Below are positions 9,647-19,841 of a DNA stretch of 64,000 nucleotides, in pieces. The translations under genes were made by a program, and so were the position numbers. Origin of the DNA: an uncultured Nitrososphaerota archaeon (GTDB lineage Archaea; Thermoproteota; Nitrososphaeria; Nitrososphaerales; Gagatemarchaeaceae); the NCBI GenBank assembly GCA_963838925.1, contig CAWISW010000001.1, forward strand, positions 1 through 64,000. The letters run 5' to 3'. Each line of letters begins with the position of its first letter. The stretch's first letter is position 1. The notes under the pieces are model-generated. The model saw only the letters and a list, made by a program, of their open reading frames with translations, had not been told where the DNA came from and did no database searches.

Positions 9647-12259
9647 ATGAGTTCGAAGCTCAGTATAACTTCCGCTTCTTCGATTGCGATAATGGCGCTC
9701 CTTCTGACGTCCTCAGTGACCGGCATCCAGCTGGTCAGCACTGCTGCTGCCGCTACACCCAGCAACCCGATCGTGGTGTCTCAGGCCGCCGCACCGCTAG
9801 CAACGGTCGGCCCACTCGCGACTAACTCGACCTCGAGCCCCACATGCGGGTCATCGCTCGACTGGACCGAGGACACCGGCCCCGGCACCTGTGGCACCAG
9901 CGGCTGGAACTACACGCCCCAGACGCAGATCAACTCGAGCAGCGTAAGCAACCTCGCGATCTCTTACATGTTCCCGATTCCCAGCATCTGGAGCAGCACC
10001 CCCATTTGGGGCCCATGCTCCTATGTGAACGGCACCGCACCCTGCCGCTTCCCCGGGCTCATCTACAGCACTGGCCTCGAGGGAACCATGGCTCCGGTTC
10101 TCTCTGCGAACGGAACCGGATACATCGCCACGAACGGCCTCTCCGTGTACGCGATAGACCTGTCGTCGGGCAAACTGATCAGCTCTGACTTTCCCAGCAT
10201 GGACTGGGCCCATTTCGCAGCTTCTCCCATCGCGCCAGGGTACGGCCCCGGCCACCTGCACGGAGTGAACATGGTGAACGGAATCATCTGGGTCCCGGGC
10301 TTCGGCTGCCAGCTCCAAGGGTGGAACGCCGCGTCGGGAGTCCTGGTGGCAAACCTGACCTCGCTTTGCGATAACATGCCGGGGAACTACAGCCCCCACA
10401 CGGGATGGGGGCTCTACTACCCATACGGCGACGCTGAGATCCAGGTCGACGCCGCGCACAACGTGATCCTCCTCTCATGGGGAGGGTCGGCTGAGGGCAC
10501 GGGCGGGGGCAGGGCCTTCGTCGAGGGATGCAGCCTCTCAGCAGCGGTAACCATGAACGTCACCAAGGGAGGAGGTTGCACAGCGACCGGAGGGCCGTGC
10601 ACAACAGTGAACGGCGGCGTCTGCAACGCAGGCAGCAGCATGCTGTGGCGGACATTCCTCTTCCCGGCGCTTGACGGCAGCACTCCCAACTTCTCGAAGA
10701 ACATCTGCGCAACCGGCCACGCATGGATAGGCGGCGTGCCTTGCGCCGACCTTACGCAGAGTCTGATTCAGAACGACTGGCAGAACCCCTCCAGCGTGAC
10801 TGGAAGCTGGAACGGGACCGACATCGGCCCTAGCAGCGGCATGAGCAACGCATGGGGCAACTTCGCGCTTGACGATGCCGACAATCTCTTCGTGATGGGA
10901 ACTTCCCAATCCGCACCAGACTGGAATGCCACTTTCCGCCCCGGCCCCAACCTCCTAGCCGACTCGATAGTCGGCCTGAGCATGACCAACGGGAGCATAA
11001 TGTGGGCCGACAAGTCCATCGCGAAGGACCTCAACGACTACGACTGCAACCTCAACGTCATCTTCGCCGCGGTGAACAGCCAGAAGATGATACTAAAGGC
11101 CTGCAAGAGCGGGGTCGTCTACGGCATCAACGCGCTGTCGGGGCAGCCTGACTGGATCCTAGACTCGACGATGCCGAACTACACGACCTTGGGCGCCTCC
11201 ACGTCGCCATACTCGCAGCCCTTCGAGTGCGTGCCCGGCAATGTGACGAGCTGCGACTTTGGGGCGATGTGGGACAAGATCTACGCGATGTATGACAACG
11301 GCAAGGGGACCCTGAAGATGCAGGGCACAGACCCGCACCCGCACGGGTACGTCCAGGCGGGCCCGTACAGGGGTAGCGTGGCAGCAGACCCCCTGAACAA
11401 CACGGAGATGACCCAGTTCACGTGCCCGATAGGCACGACCGCGCAGTGCCAAGCAATCGCTGGCGTGGGCAGCATCCTGGGCTGCCCCGAGTTCTCTACT
11501 ACGATCTCGTCCGAGGTCCCCACTTGCCCGTCTCTGGAGAGCCTGAGCAAGCCAGGGTTCTACGAGGCTAGGTACCTGATGGAGTCGGAGAACGCCTACG
11601 ACGGGAAGTACTTCTACGTCGTCGTGATGGACGGCCCGATGGAGCACGACTATATCAGCGACGTCAACTACAAGGGCACCTCAGGACTGACGTTCGACAC
11701 GGACCTCTACTTCGCGGGCACGATGCCCACGAACGCGACGGTGCTCGCCCTCGACCCAGCCACGGGACACGTGGTGTGGAACTACACGCGACCCATCTAC
11801 TACAGGGGCGGGATCATCGCGACGGGCGGAATGATCATCACCCAGTGGCCCGACGGGCACCTGATCTTCCTGAACTCCAACACCGGCGCGGTCCTCCGCG
11901 ACATGAGCTTCGGGCTGCCGCTCCTCGCGCCGATGAGCATCGCCCCTGACTTTAACGGCGTGATGCACCTCCTGCTCACCTACGGAGGCGCCCAACACTC
12001 GGTGCTGGGCGAGATCGGCCTCCACGGATCTCTCGGCCACGGGTACGTCGTGCCTGGAGCGGTAATCTCGCTCACGGTACAGCCCTCTACGGCCGGTGTG
12101 AGCACCACGACGACCGTCGTGGCCAACGGCGGCGGAGGAGTTGGCGTCTACAGCGACGCGTTCTACGCCCTCGTGGGGACGGTGGTAGTCCTGGCAATAA
12201 TTGCCGGAATGCTCGTCGTCACGCGCAACAGGGTCGGACCCGGGGTCGCGCCGACCTAG
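9647..12259 (+). CDS. Cys-rich PQQ-dependent dehydrogenase-like surface protein, paralogue of 6458..9436
   Basis: NYTPQTQINSSSVSNLAISYMF; RPGPNLLADSIVGL...KDLNDYDC; CKSGVVYGINALSG; C-terminal TM; TTTAAATA TATA box near 9612. Confidence 0.82.
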   Translation: MSSKLSITSASSIAIMALLLTSSVTGIQLVSTAAAATPSNPIVVSQAAAPLATVGPLATNSTSSPTCGSSLDWTEDTGPGTCGTSGWNYTPQTQINSSSVSNLAISYMFPIPSIWSSTPIWGPCSYVNGTAPCRFPGLIYSTGLEGTMAPVLSANGTGYIATNGLSVYAIDLSSGKLISSDFPSMDWAHFAASPIAPGYGPGHLHGVNMVNGIIWVPGFGCQLQGWNAASGVLVANLTSLCDNMPGNYSPHTGWGLYYPYGDAEIQVDAAHNVILLSWGGSAEGTGGGRAFVEGCSLSAAVTMNVTKGGGCTATGGPCTTVNGGVCNAGSSMLWRTFLFPALDGSTPNFSKNICATGHAWIGGVPCADLTQSLIQNDWQNPSSVTGSWNGTDIGPSSGMSNAWGNFALDDADNLFVMGTSQSAPDWNATFRPGPNLLADSIVGLSMTNGSIMWADKSIAKDLNDYDCNLNVIFAAVNSQKMILKACKSGVVYGINALSGQPDWILDSTMPNYTTLGASTSPYSQPFECVPGNVTSCDFGAMWDKIYAMYDNGKGTLKMQGTDPHPHGYVQAGPYRGSVAADPLNNTEMTQFTCPIGTTAQCQAIAGVGSILGCPEFSTTISSEVPTCPSLESLSKPGFYEARYLMESENAYDGKYFYVVVMDGPMEHDYISDVNYKGTSGLTFDTDLYFAGTMPTNATVLALDPATGHVVWNYTRPIYYRGGIIATGGMIITQWPDGHLIFLNSNTGAVLRDMSFGLPLLAPMSIAPDFNGVMHLLLTYGGAQHSVLGEIGLHGSLGHGYVVPGAVISLTVQPSTAGVSTTTTVVANGGGGVGVYSDAFYALVGTVVVLAIIAGMLVVTRNRVGPGVAPT

Positions 12260-12363
12260 TCGCTGGCAGAGAACAAGTCCCCACAGAGGGCTTCCGCCCT
12301 AACATCAGCGGACCCTCCCCAACACATATCTCAGGCCGCTGACCGCCCACGCGACGTTTAGCA

Positions 12364-13281
12364 TTGGTCGACGCGTCCGACGCCGCGGGCAGCGTCATAG
12401 GGTTCGCCAAGAGGCTCACCCCCCGGTCAGCGCAGGGGGCTGTGGCGGGCATCTTCGATGGTTGCACGAACTTCCTTGAGACCATAGCCGGGCGGAGGCG
12501 TGGAGAAGGCCCGATACCTTCGCCTCCGCTAAGGCTCAGACTTCACGTCGGCCCGTTCCTCGACCCGAGGCTCTTCCGCTTCACCGCGCAGAGGAACCTA
12601 GCGGCCTTTCGAGAGCTCGCAGGGCTCCGCCCAGACTCCGCTTTCCTGGACATCGGGTGCGGGGTCGGGAGGATGGCTTCCGCCCTCACGGCTTACCTGT
12701 TGCCTACCGCTAAGTACGAGGGGTTCGACGCGGCGAGGCCTCCCGTCGACTGGTGCAACAAGGAGATCACCCGCCGGTTTCCAAACTTCAGCTTCCGGAC
12801 GACCGACACCTTCAGCGTGAAGTACAACCCTTCGGGCAAGTCGAGCGCGGCCCAGCTTGTCTTCCCCTACGAGGCAGGCACCTTCGACTTCATCTTCGCA
12901 GGCTCGGTCTACACGCACATGCTGCCCGAGGAGGCCAGGAACTTCGTGATGGAGACCGCGAGGGTGCTGAAGCCTAGCGGAGTAAGCTTCGCGACCTTCT
13001 GCCTTCTCAACGAGGCGTCCCTCCCCGCCGTCGTGGAGGGCAAGACCTCACCGATCCTGCCACACGCGTTCGGGGAGTTCAGAGTGAAGGACCCCTCGGA
13101 TCCCGCGAGCTTCATCGCGCAGCCCGAATCCTTCGTCCGCGGCCTCTTCTCAAAGGCAGGCCTCGCCGTCCACGAGCCGTTGAGGTACGGGACGTGGGCT
13201 CGCGCCCCTGAAACGCCTGAGGAGGAGGACAAGTACTGTTTCGCGCAAGACATCGTGCTCGCCACCAACGCGGCGGTCTAG
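12364..13281 (+). CDS. Class I SAM-dependent methyltransferase
   Basis: FLDIGCGVGRMA motif I; FDFIFAGSVYTHM; ARVLKPSG. Confidence 0.85.
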   Translation: MVDASDAAGSVIGFAKRLTPRSAQGAVAGIFDGCTNFLETIAGRRRGEGPIPSPPLRLRLHVGPFLDPRLFRFTAQRNLAAFRELAGLRPDSAFLDIGCGVGRMASALTAYLLPTAKYEGFDAARPPVDWCNKEITRRFPNFSFRTTDTFSVKYNPSGKSSAAQLVFPYEAGTFDFIFAGSVYTHMLPEEARNFVMETARVLKPSGVSFATFCLLNEASLPAVVEGKTSPILPHAFGEFRVKDPSDPASFIAQPESFVRGLFSKAGLAVHEPLRYGTWARAPETPEEEDKYCFAQDIVLATNAAV

Positions 13282-13297
13282 GGGCTTCCTACGCAGA

Positions 13298-14416
13298 CTA
13301 GACCAGCAGGTTCCCAGTCTCGCGGTCGAAGAAGTGCGCCCTGTCGGGTTTGAACTGGAGCCAGACCTGCTGGCCTACCTCCAACTTGAGGTCCCTCGGC
13401 GCTAGCACCTTGACGATGGCCGAACCCGGCTCATCCGCGCCCCTGCCGAGCTTGACGGCGACCAACCGGTATAGCGTCAGGGGCTCGTCCAGGAAGACCT
13501 TGCCCTCAGTCGCGCCCGCGGAAGCGCTCACGCCGAGTTCGATATCCTCTGGCCTTATCGAGACCTGCATGTGCTCGGCCTTTGCCTTCTCCTTCAAGAC
13601 GCTCGCCTTGGCTTCAGCGACTGGGAGGCGGAAGCCCTCCCCCTGCGCGAAGCTCCCGCCGGCTGGGTCGCCCCGTTTCAGCGACACGTTCAGGATGTTC
13701 GCCTGCGGGTCTCCCACGAACCTTGCCACGAACGCGCTCGACGGGGTCTGGAAGACGCTCTGGGTCGAGCCGTACTGCAGCAGGTGCCCCTTGTTGATCA
13801 CCCCTATCTGGTCAGCCAGCGCCAGAGCCTCTGCCTGATCGTGGGTTACGTACAGCGTGGTTACCCCGATCTCCTTTTGGATTCGCTTGAGCTCCGACCT
13901 CAGCTGAGCCCTTAGCGGCGCGTCCAGGCTGCTGAGCGGCTCGTCCATGAGGAACGCCTTCGGCTCCCTCGCGATTGCCCTGCCGATGGCCACCCTCTGC
14001 TGCTCCCCGCCAGATATCTGCTTCGGGGACTTGTCGAGCACGTTCTCGATCTCCAGCAGCTTCGCCACCTCCCTCACCCTTTCGTCGATGGCCTGCTTGC
14101 CCACGTTCCTCACCTTCAACGGAAACGCGATGTTCTCGCGAACGCTCATTATCGGGAACAGGGAAAAGCCCTGGAAGACCATCGCGAGGTCCCTCTCCCT
14201 TGCGGGGATGTCGTTCGCAAGCTCCGACCCGATGTAGATTTCTCCCTTGTCCACGGTCTCGAGGCCGGCGACGCAACGGAGCAGCGTGGTCTTCCCGCAT
14301 CCCGAAGGTCCGAGGAGCACCGTGAACTCGCCGTCGCCCACCACGAACGAGATTCCGTCGAGGACCTCCGACTTGCCGTAGTTCTTCTTTACGCCCTCAA
14401 CTCGGATTTCGACCAT
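13298..14416 (-). CDS. Carbohydrate ABC transporter ATPase (MalK/MsmX-type, TOBE domain)
   Basis: GPSGCGKTT, ISGGEQQRVAIGRA, FLMDEPLSSLD, YVTHDQAEA. Confidence 0.93.
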   Translation of the reverse strand: MVEIRVEGVKKNYGKSEVLDGISFVVGDGEFTVLLGPSGCGKTTLLRCVAGLETVDKGEIYIGSELANDIPARERDLAMVFQGFSLFPIMSVRENIAFPLKVRNVGKQAIDERVREVAKLLEIENVLDKSPKQISGGEQQRVAIGRAIAREPKAFLMDEPLSSLDAPLRAQLRSELKRIQKEIGVTTLYVTHDQAEALALADQIGVINKGHLLQYGSTQSVFQTPSSAFVARFVGDPQANILNVSLKRGDPAGGSFAQGEGFRLPVAEAKASVLKEKAKAEHMQVSIRPEDIELGVSASAGATEGKVFLDEPLTLYRLVAVKLGRGADEPGSAIVKVLAPRDLKLEVGQQVWLQFKPDRAHFFDRETGNLLV

Positions 14417-14474
14417 GAACGAACTTGGCCGTTAGACGTGAAGATGAGTGATATATGAATAGCGTTGGCCGAGA

Positions 14475-16076
14475 ATGGCCGGGCGCAATGTTATTACGGT
14501 GGACAAGCCGCCTTCCGTCGCGGGTTCTGCCCTAATGACCACACCTAACAGCAGTCCCGGCCCTGCCGCGACATCCGGCGTCCGAAACAGGTCGCGTCGC
14601 GATTTCTTGAGGAAGGCCGCGGGGGTCATCGGCGGCGCTCTCGCGGTCGCTGGAGTCGCCGACCTCGGGATCCAGGGCTTGCAGCTGAACCCCAACGCGC
14701 AATACAGCAAGTACCTCACCCAGACGACGACGCCGGTCTCCTCCTCGCAAGGGTTCCTTCCCGATTATCTTGACTTTCTGGAGTGGATGCAGAGCGTGTC
14801 CGACAAGGTTCCCGCAAAGACCGTCGAGCTCACGCTCGAGCAGGAGTTCGCCCCCTACGGCGCCCAGACCCTCGACCCGAGCTTCCTCCAATACAGCGGG
14901 ATCGCCGCCGGGTACAACGAGCTGCCTTACCTCTCGCAGTTGGGGACGGTGCAGGTGGCAGTGAGCACCAAGAGCCCCTCCTACGACGTCTACAGCATAG
15001 ACAACCAGAACATCGCGTCTTTCGAGAACGGGATCATCCCTCCCTCGCAGCTCGCGCAGACCTACCCTGAGCTGACCTATCCCAACTACGACGTAAGCGA
15101 CTTCATGACGACGGTCTGGGACTACGTCGCCGCATACCCGCCGATCACCGCGGGTTCGAGCGCGAGCGCCTCGAGGACCAGCTTCACTCTCTTCCCCTTC
15201 GACGCGCCGCTGATGGTCCTCTTCTACAGGAAGGACATCTACGACAAGCTCGGCTTCTCCGCTCCCACCACCTGGGACGAGTACTACCAGCAGTGCCAGA
15301 AGCTCCCCGGTAACGGGACCGCATACGCGTCCGTCAACATGGCGAACGCCGACGTCTCGATAGTCTACGAGTATCTCAACCATCTCGCGAGCTTCGGCGG
15401 CAGCCTCTTCAACATCGACGGCAATACTCTTACGCCGAACCTAGAGAGCGAAGAGTGCCTCGGGGCGCTCGAGAACTACATCAGGTTCGCCGAGTTCGCC
15501 GATCCAGGCTCCCACACGTTCACGTGGACGGACCAGTTCAACTCGCTCGCGCAGGGCACGTCGGCGACGGCCGTTCTCTGGCACGACTATTACAGCTGGC
15601 TCAACGACCCCGCCCGTTCTCCCATCGCGGCCGGTCACTTCGTGCCGGCATTGAACCCGGCCGGGCCGAACGGGTCGTTCTCGACCTACGGAGGCGCAGG
15701 CCTGGGCGTCTCAGCGTTCTCGAACCGCCCGGAGGCGGCTTACCTGTGGATACAGTGGGCCACATGCAAGGGGCTCCAGGAGCAGATGCTCCTCGGCCAG
15801 TACCACATCTTCCCGACAAGGACGTCGGTGTTCGACGTCCCGGAGGTCCAAAGCCAGGTCAACACCCAAGCCCTGGGGGCGCTCAGCGTCGCCAAGCAGG
15901 CTTGGGCGACGGGCACCACCGCGCTTACCCCGTTCCCCAAATGGCTGCAGGTCCTGGTCCCGCTCTCTGTCCACCTGAACAACGCGTGGACCGGGTTCGA
16001 GACTCCTTCGGAGGCGCTCACAAACGCCCAGAACCAGCTCAGCCAAGCGCCCTTCTCGCCGATGACCTTCACCTGA
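14475..16076 (+). CDS. Tat-exported carbohydrate ABC substrate-binding protein
   Basis: SRRDFLRKAAG twin-arginine motif; LFYRKDIYDKLG..PTTWDEY; family-1 SBP motifs. Confidence 0.88.
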   Translation: MAGRNVITVDKPPSVAGSALMTTPNSSPGPAATSGVRNRSRRDFLRKAAGVIGGALAVAGVADLGIQGLQLNPNAQYSKYLTQTTTPVSSSQGFLPDYLDFLEWMQSVSDKVPAKTVELTLEQEFAPYGAQTLDPSFLQYSGIAAGYNELPYLSQLGTVQVAVSTKSPSYDVYSIDNQNIASFENGIIPPSQLAQTYPELTYPNYDVSDFMTTVWDYVAAYPPITAGSSASASRTSFTLFPFDAPLMVLFYRKDIYDKLGFSAPTTWDEYYQQCQKLPGNGTAYASVNMANADVSIVYEYLNHLASFGGSLFNIDGNTLTPNLESEECLGALENYIRFAEFADPGSHTFTWTDQFNSLAQGTSATAVLWHDYYSWLNDPARSPIAAGHFVPALNPAGPNGSFSTYGGAGLGVSAFSNRPEAAYLWIQWATCKGLQEQMLLGQYHIFPTRTSVFDVPEVQSQVNTQALGALSVAKQAWATGTTALTPFPKWLQVLVPLSVHLNNAWTGFETPSEALTNAQNQLSQAPFSPMTFT

Positions 16077-16101
16077 GAACCGACCAAGAGCGTGAAACAA
16101 T

Positions 16102-16830
16102 ATGCCAAAGACCGCGAGAACCGTTCGAGAGCCGACGTTCCTCGCGGCCCTCTTCGTCCTCGTCCTCTTGGTGGGCTCGTCCGCCAACGCGGCGAGGGCT
16201 GCCTCCCCCCTAGGAAGCCAGGTCACGCTGACGAACGTCGACCCCAACGGACAGGGGGTGAGCACCTTCTCTGTCTACTACAGCCTCCCTCAGCAGGCGA
16301 GTGTGGGGTCGCCTCTCGTCGTACCGGTCTACTTGTACGTCGATAACCTTACCAAGCTCATGGTGTTCTTGTTCGACTACTCCGTCCAAATCTCTGTGAG
16401 CCTGAACAACGGGAAGCAGATCTCGGGACAGGCGGGCGTAAACTCCACCGAAGCCGCTGACAACCTTGGTGCCCTCCAACTGCACGAGGGTGAGTCCTGG
16501 GGCCCCACCAACGTCACCATACCACTTACGCCGTCGAACACCGGCTTGGCCCAGGGCCAAGAGGCCCTTGGCACAGCGACCCTGACGGTGAACGCGGACG
16601 TCTGGTTCAATGAGCCTATCAACTTCTACAGGCCGCAGGCAAACCAGACCAGCATTGGCAACGTGGTCTTCGCCAACGGCACGCCTTCTGGTCCGCAGCC
16701 GAACTACCTGGGATTCGTCCTCGTGGGGCTGGGCGCAGTGATAGTCGCCGCCACAGTCATAACCAGACGCAAGAAACCGTCGTCGCCAAAGCCCGGCGCG
16801 CCGCAGAAGAAGGCGCCGGGATCCGTCTGA
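16102..16830 (+). CDS. Secreted beta-rich protein with C-terminal TM anchor, unknown function
   Basis: Signal peptide, N-glycosylation sequons, TM followed by RRKK. Confidence 0.7.
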   Translation: MPKTARTVREPTFLAALFVLVLLVGSSANAARAASPLGSQVTLTNVDPNGQGVSTFSVYYSLPQQASVGSPLVVPVYLYVDNLTKLMVFLFDYSVQISVSLNNGKQISGQAGVNSTEAADNLGALQLHEGESWGPTNVTIPLTPSNTGLAQGQEALGTATLTVNADVWFNEPINFYRPQANQTSIGNVVFANGTPSGPQPNYLGFVLVGLGAVIVAATVITRRKKPSSPKPGAPQKKAPGSV

Positions 16831-17009
16831 CGCAACGCCGTCGAGCCGGACAGAGAGGTTCCTTTGGCGTCATTTGAATGGCCGGAAGTGCCGTCGACGG
16901 TCAATTTTTTGCGTCCTCTCGTCAATAACTTTCGCCGAAAGACGAAAAAGGAGAAATTAGGTCTCAAAATAAAGGTTATAAATCCAGTTCAGCGGAAGAC
17001 GCGCTACCC

Positions 17010-17915
17010 GTGCTAGAAGTCAAGAATGTCAGCAAACGGTTCGGTAAGTTCCAAGCACTGAAGGACGTCTCCTTCACAGTCCCAAAGAACGGCCGAGCGC
17101 TTCTACTCGGCCCGAACGGCGCCGGAAAGAGCACCATGATCAAGGCCGTCATGGGGGTCCACAGGTTCGCAGGCGACATCACTGTCGACGGCATCGACGT
17201 CTCAAGGAAGGGCGTGCAGGCGAGGGAAAAGGTGGGATACGTCCCCCAGTACAGCGCGTTCTACGAGACGCTCACAGTAGACCAAGAGTCGAAGTTCATC
17301 GCCAAGATCAAGGGCGCTAGCAAGGACGCGATCCAGGAGAAGCTCGCCATCGTCGGGCTGACGGATGCGACGAAGAAGACGATGAAGGCGCTCTCCGGAG
17401 GGATGAGACAGAGGTTTGCCCTCGCGATGGCCCTCTTGACCAACCCACCGATGCTCATCTTCGACGAGCCGCTTGCCAACATCGACCTCAAGGGACAGCT
17501 CGACTTCATGGGGCTGGCGAGGACCCTCGCCATGGGAGGCCACACGCTCCTCATCGCCACGCACCTGACCGGCATGAGCGAGTTCGCTGACCAGTGCATC
17601 GTCTTGAACAGGGGTAGGAAGATCGCAGAGGGCGCCCCAGACGTCCTCCTGGCCCAGCTCGACGCAGACCAGACGCTCTATCTCAGGCCCAAGGCAGGCC
17701 ACGAGAAGGAGCTATCCGAGATACTCGCCAAGTTCGGCGCGAAGATAATCAACGACCAGAGCCTCACGCGGGTCGTTTCGATCCCCAACAGCAAGAAATT
17801 CTCCCTGCTGACCACCCTCTTCTCCAACGGAGGGGTGCTCGAGGACATCGCGATCGAGCCGTCCAAGATAGAGGCGGCGTACACAAAGTTCCTCGAGGAG
17901 AAGGCACCGGCATGA
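17010..17915 (+). CDS. ABC ATPase, NosF/CcmA-like
   Basis: GPNGAGKST, LSGGMRQR, LIFDEPLANID; ATGA overlap with the permease gene. Confidence 0.88.
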   Translation: MLEVKNVSKRFGKFQALKDVSFTVPKNGRALLLGPNGAGKSTMIKAVMGVHRFAGDITVDGIDVSRKGVQAREKVGYVPQYSAFYETLTVDQESKFIAKIKGASKDAIQEKLAIVGLTDATKKTMKALSGGMRQRFALAMALLTNPPMLIFDEPLANIDLKGQLDFMGLARTLAMGGHTLLIATHLTGMSEFADQCIVLNRGRKIAEGAPDVLLAQLDADQTLYLRPKAGHEKELSEILAKFGAKIINDQSLTRVVSIPNSKKFSLLTTLFSNGGVLEDIAIEPSKIEAAYTKFLEEKAPA

Positions 17916-18748
17916 ACTCCCCCCGCGTCATAAGCGCAATCATCGGCCAGACCGTCAAGGAGTCAATCCGAGCGAAATGGCTGATCATGTTCACGATAGT
18001 CTACTTCCTCGTGACCATCAACGTGCCGTTCCTCATCCTGATCATCGAGAGGCTGCTTCCGCCCTCGACCCTGAACAGCTACCTCGTGTACCTCGGGACG
18101 ATATCATACCCGTTCCTGCCTCTACTGTCCCTGCCTCTCGGCGCCCTCAGCATCGTTGAGGAGAAGGAGTCAGGTACGCTGCAGTACTTGCTCTCCAACC
18201 CGATATCCAGGATGCAGTTCCTCACGGGAAGATTCTTCGGCCTCCTGATATCGACGACCATAGTGCTTCTCGCGGGCTATGGCATCGCAGCCGCGGTCGC
18301 ATTGAACGTGAAGTACTCGGTACTCCAAGGGCTGGGGTTCATCATCGGCCTCTCGCTAGGCCTGAACATCATCATGCTCGCGGTCGCCATCATCATCTCG
18401 ACGATGAGCAGGAGGAAGGTGACGGCCCTCAGCATCGCCATATTCATGTGGTTCCTGCTGGTGCTCGTCTCGGACTTTGGCGGGTCCTTCGGCGCGATCC
18501 TCGCAGTGGCCAACGGCACCAAGATAGCGCTGGTAGCCGCCCTTCTCAACCCGATAGAGAGTGCGGGGTTGATTTCTGAAATCCACCTCAACGCCTACGG
18601 GGCAGAACTGGCCATGACAGGCGAGATCATCGAGAACGCCTTCGGTGCCGCAAATGGGCTCTTCATCATGGGCGTCTCTCTGATTCTGTGGGGCGCGCTC
18701 GCTGTCGGACTCATGATCATCCTCTTCAAGTACGTCGACCTCGTCTAG
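17912..18748 (+). CDS. ABC-2 permease, NosY-like
   Basis: SIVEEKESGTLQYLLSNPISR..FL.GRF.G and LLNPIE motifs. Confidence 0.82.
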   Translation: MNSPRVISAIIGQTVKESIRAKWLIMFTIVYFLVTINVPFLILIIERLLPPSTLNSYLVYLGTISYPFLPLLSLPLGALSIVEEKESGTLQYLLSNPISRMQFLTGRFFGLLISTTIVLLAGYGIAAAVALNVKYSVLQGLGFIIGLSLGLNIIMLAVAIIISTMSRRKVTALSIAIFMWFLLVLVSDFGGSFGAILAVANGTKIALVAALLNPIESAGLISEIHLNAYGAELAMTGEIIENAFGAANGLFIMGVSLILWGALAVGLMIILFKYVDLV

Positions 18749-18922
18749 TACCCGATCATTGGGGCCGCTCCGGCCCGCATCCTTCAGGCCCGCTAACGGC
18801 AGCGACAGAGTGGTCGCCTAAGGCCGGTCTGGCCCTCCCGCCGCGATAGAGCCTGATGTCGTTGCGTAGCCGCGCGCTTCGCCGCCGCTGATGCAGGCGT
18901 CGCTTGTAGCTCAATGACCAGC

Positions 18923-19834
18923 TCAGCGGGCGGTCGCTAGGCTGAATCCTTTCGCCAGATACTTCCTGATCGCGAGTATGACCACGGCGGCGGGCAGGAA
19001 GCCGAGGGTCGCCGCAGCCTCCAGGTCCGTGAACTCCGGCGTCTTGTTGGCAGCCCCTAGCCCCGAGAACACTCCCACCGCCACCGTCTTTGTGAGGGGG
19101 CCCGTCATTATCACGGAGATCAGGTACTCGTTCCATACAAGCACGAACCCGAAGATCGCGGCGATGATGATGCCTTGGAGCGCGATGGGAAGCGCGACCT
19201 TCCAGAAGATCTGGCCTTCAGTCGCCCCGAACATCGAGGCCGATTCGTAGATTTGCCTTGGGATGTCCTGGAAGAACCCCTTCACCATCCAGACCACCAC
19301 GGTGAGGATGAGAAGCAGCTCGGCCAGCGCCACCCCTTGGTAGGTGTCCCATAGGCCTATCCTGGTGAAGACTATGTAGAGCGGAATGACCACCGCGAAG
19401 GGGGATACGGTCCTCAGCGCCAACAGCACGAACGAGACCGCGCTCCTGCCCCTGATTTCGACCCTCGCGAGCACGTACGACGCGGGAACCCCGACTAGCA
19501 AGGCTGCGCCCACGCTCAGACCCCCGATCAGAAGGCTATTGATCACCCTCGAAGGGAACGCGCCGAAGCTCAGCGCATCGGCGTAGTGGATAGGGGTGAA
19601 GCGGAACAGCCCGTTCACGTACGGGATTCCCTCGATGTACACGATGTTGTTGTGGGCGAAGAGCGCCGCGATGTTGAAGCCGAGCGAGTCCGCTGCGGCC
19701 GCGAATATGGGATAGAGCGTGTAGAGCGTCGCGATGACGAGCGCGACAATGAAGAGCGTCCTGCGAACCATTCTCCTGAGGCGCCGGCCGCTTCGACTCG
19801 TTGAAGCCTCCGACCTCTTCCCTTGTGTCGTCAT
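18923..19834 (-). CDS. Carbohydrate ABC permease (MalG-type), copy 1
   Basis: EAA-loop variant ESASMFGAT; FVLVWNEY. Confidence 0.88.
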   Translation of the reverse strand: MTTQGKRSEASTSRSGRRLRRMVRRTLFIVALVIATLYTLYPIFAAAADSLGFNIAALFAHNNIVYIEGIPYVNGLFRFTPIHYADALSFGAFPSRVINSLLIGGLSVGAALLVGVPASYVLARVEIRGRSAVSFVLLALRTVSPFAVVIPLYIVFTRIGLWDTYQGVALAELLLILTVVVWMVKGFFQDIPRQIYESASMFGATEGQIFWKVALPIALQGIIIAAIFGFVLVWNEYLISVIMTGPLTKTVAVGVFSGLGAANKTPEFTDLEAAATLGFLPAAVVILAIRKYLAKGFSLATAR

Positions 19835-19841
19835 TGCGGTC

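Noticed and set aside
17010-18748. nosF/nosY as evidence of N2O reduction
   Set aside because: No nosZ, nosD or nosL is present in the window, and NosFY-like ABC pairs are common outside denitrification.
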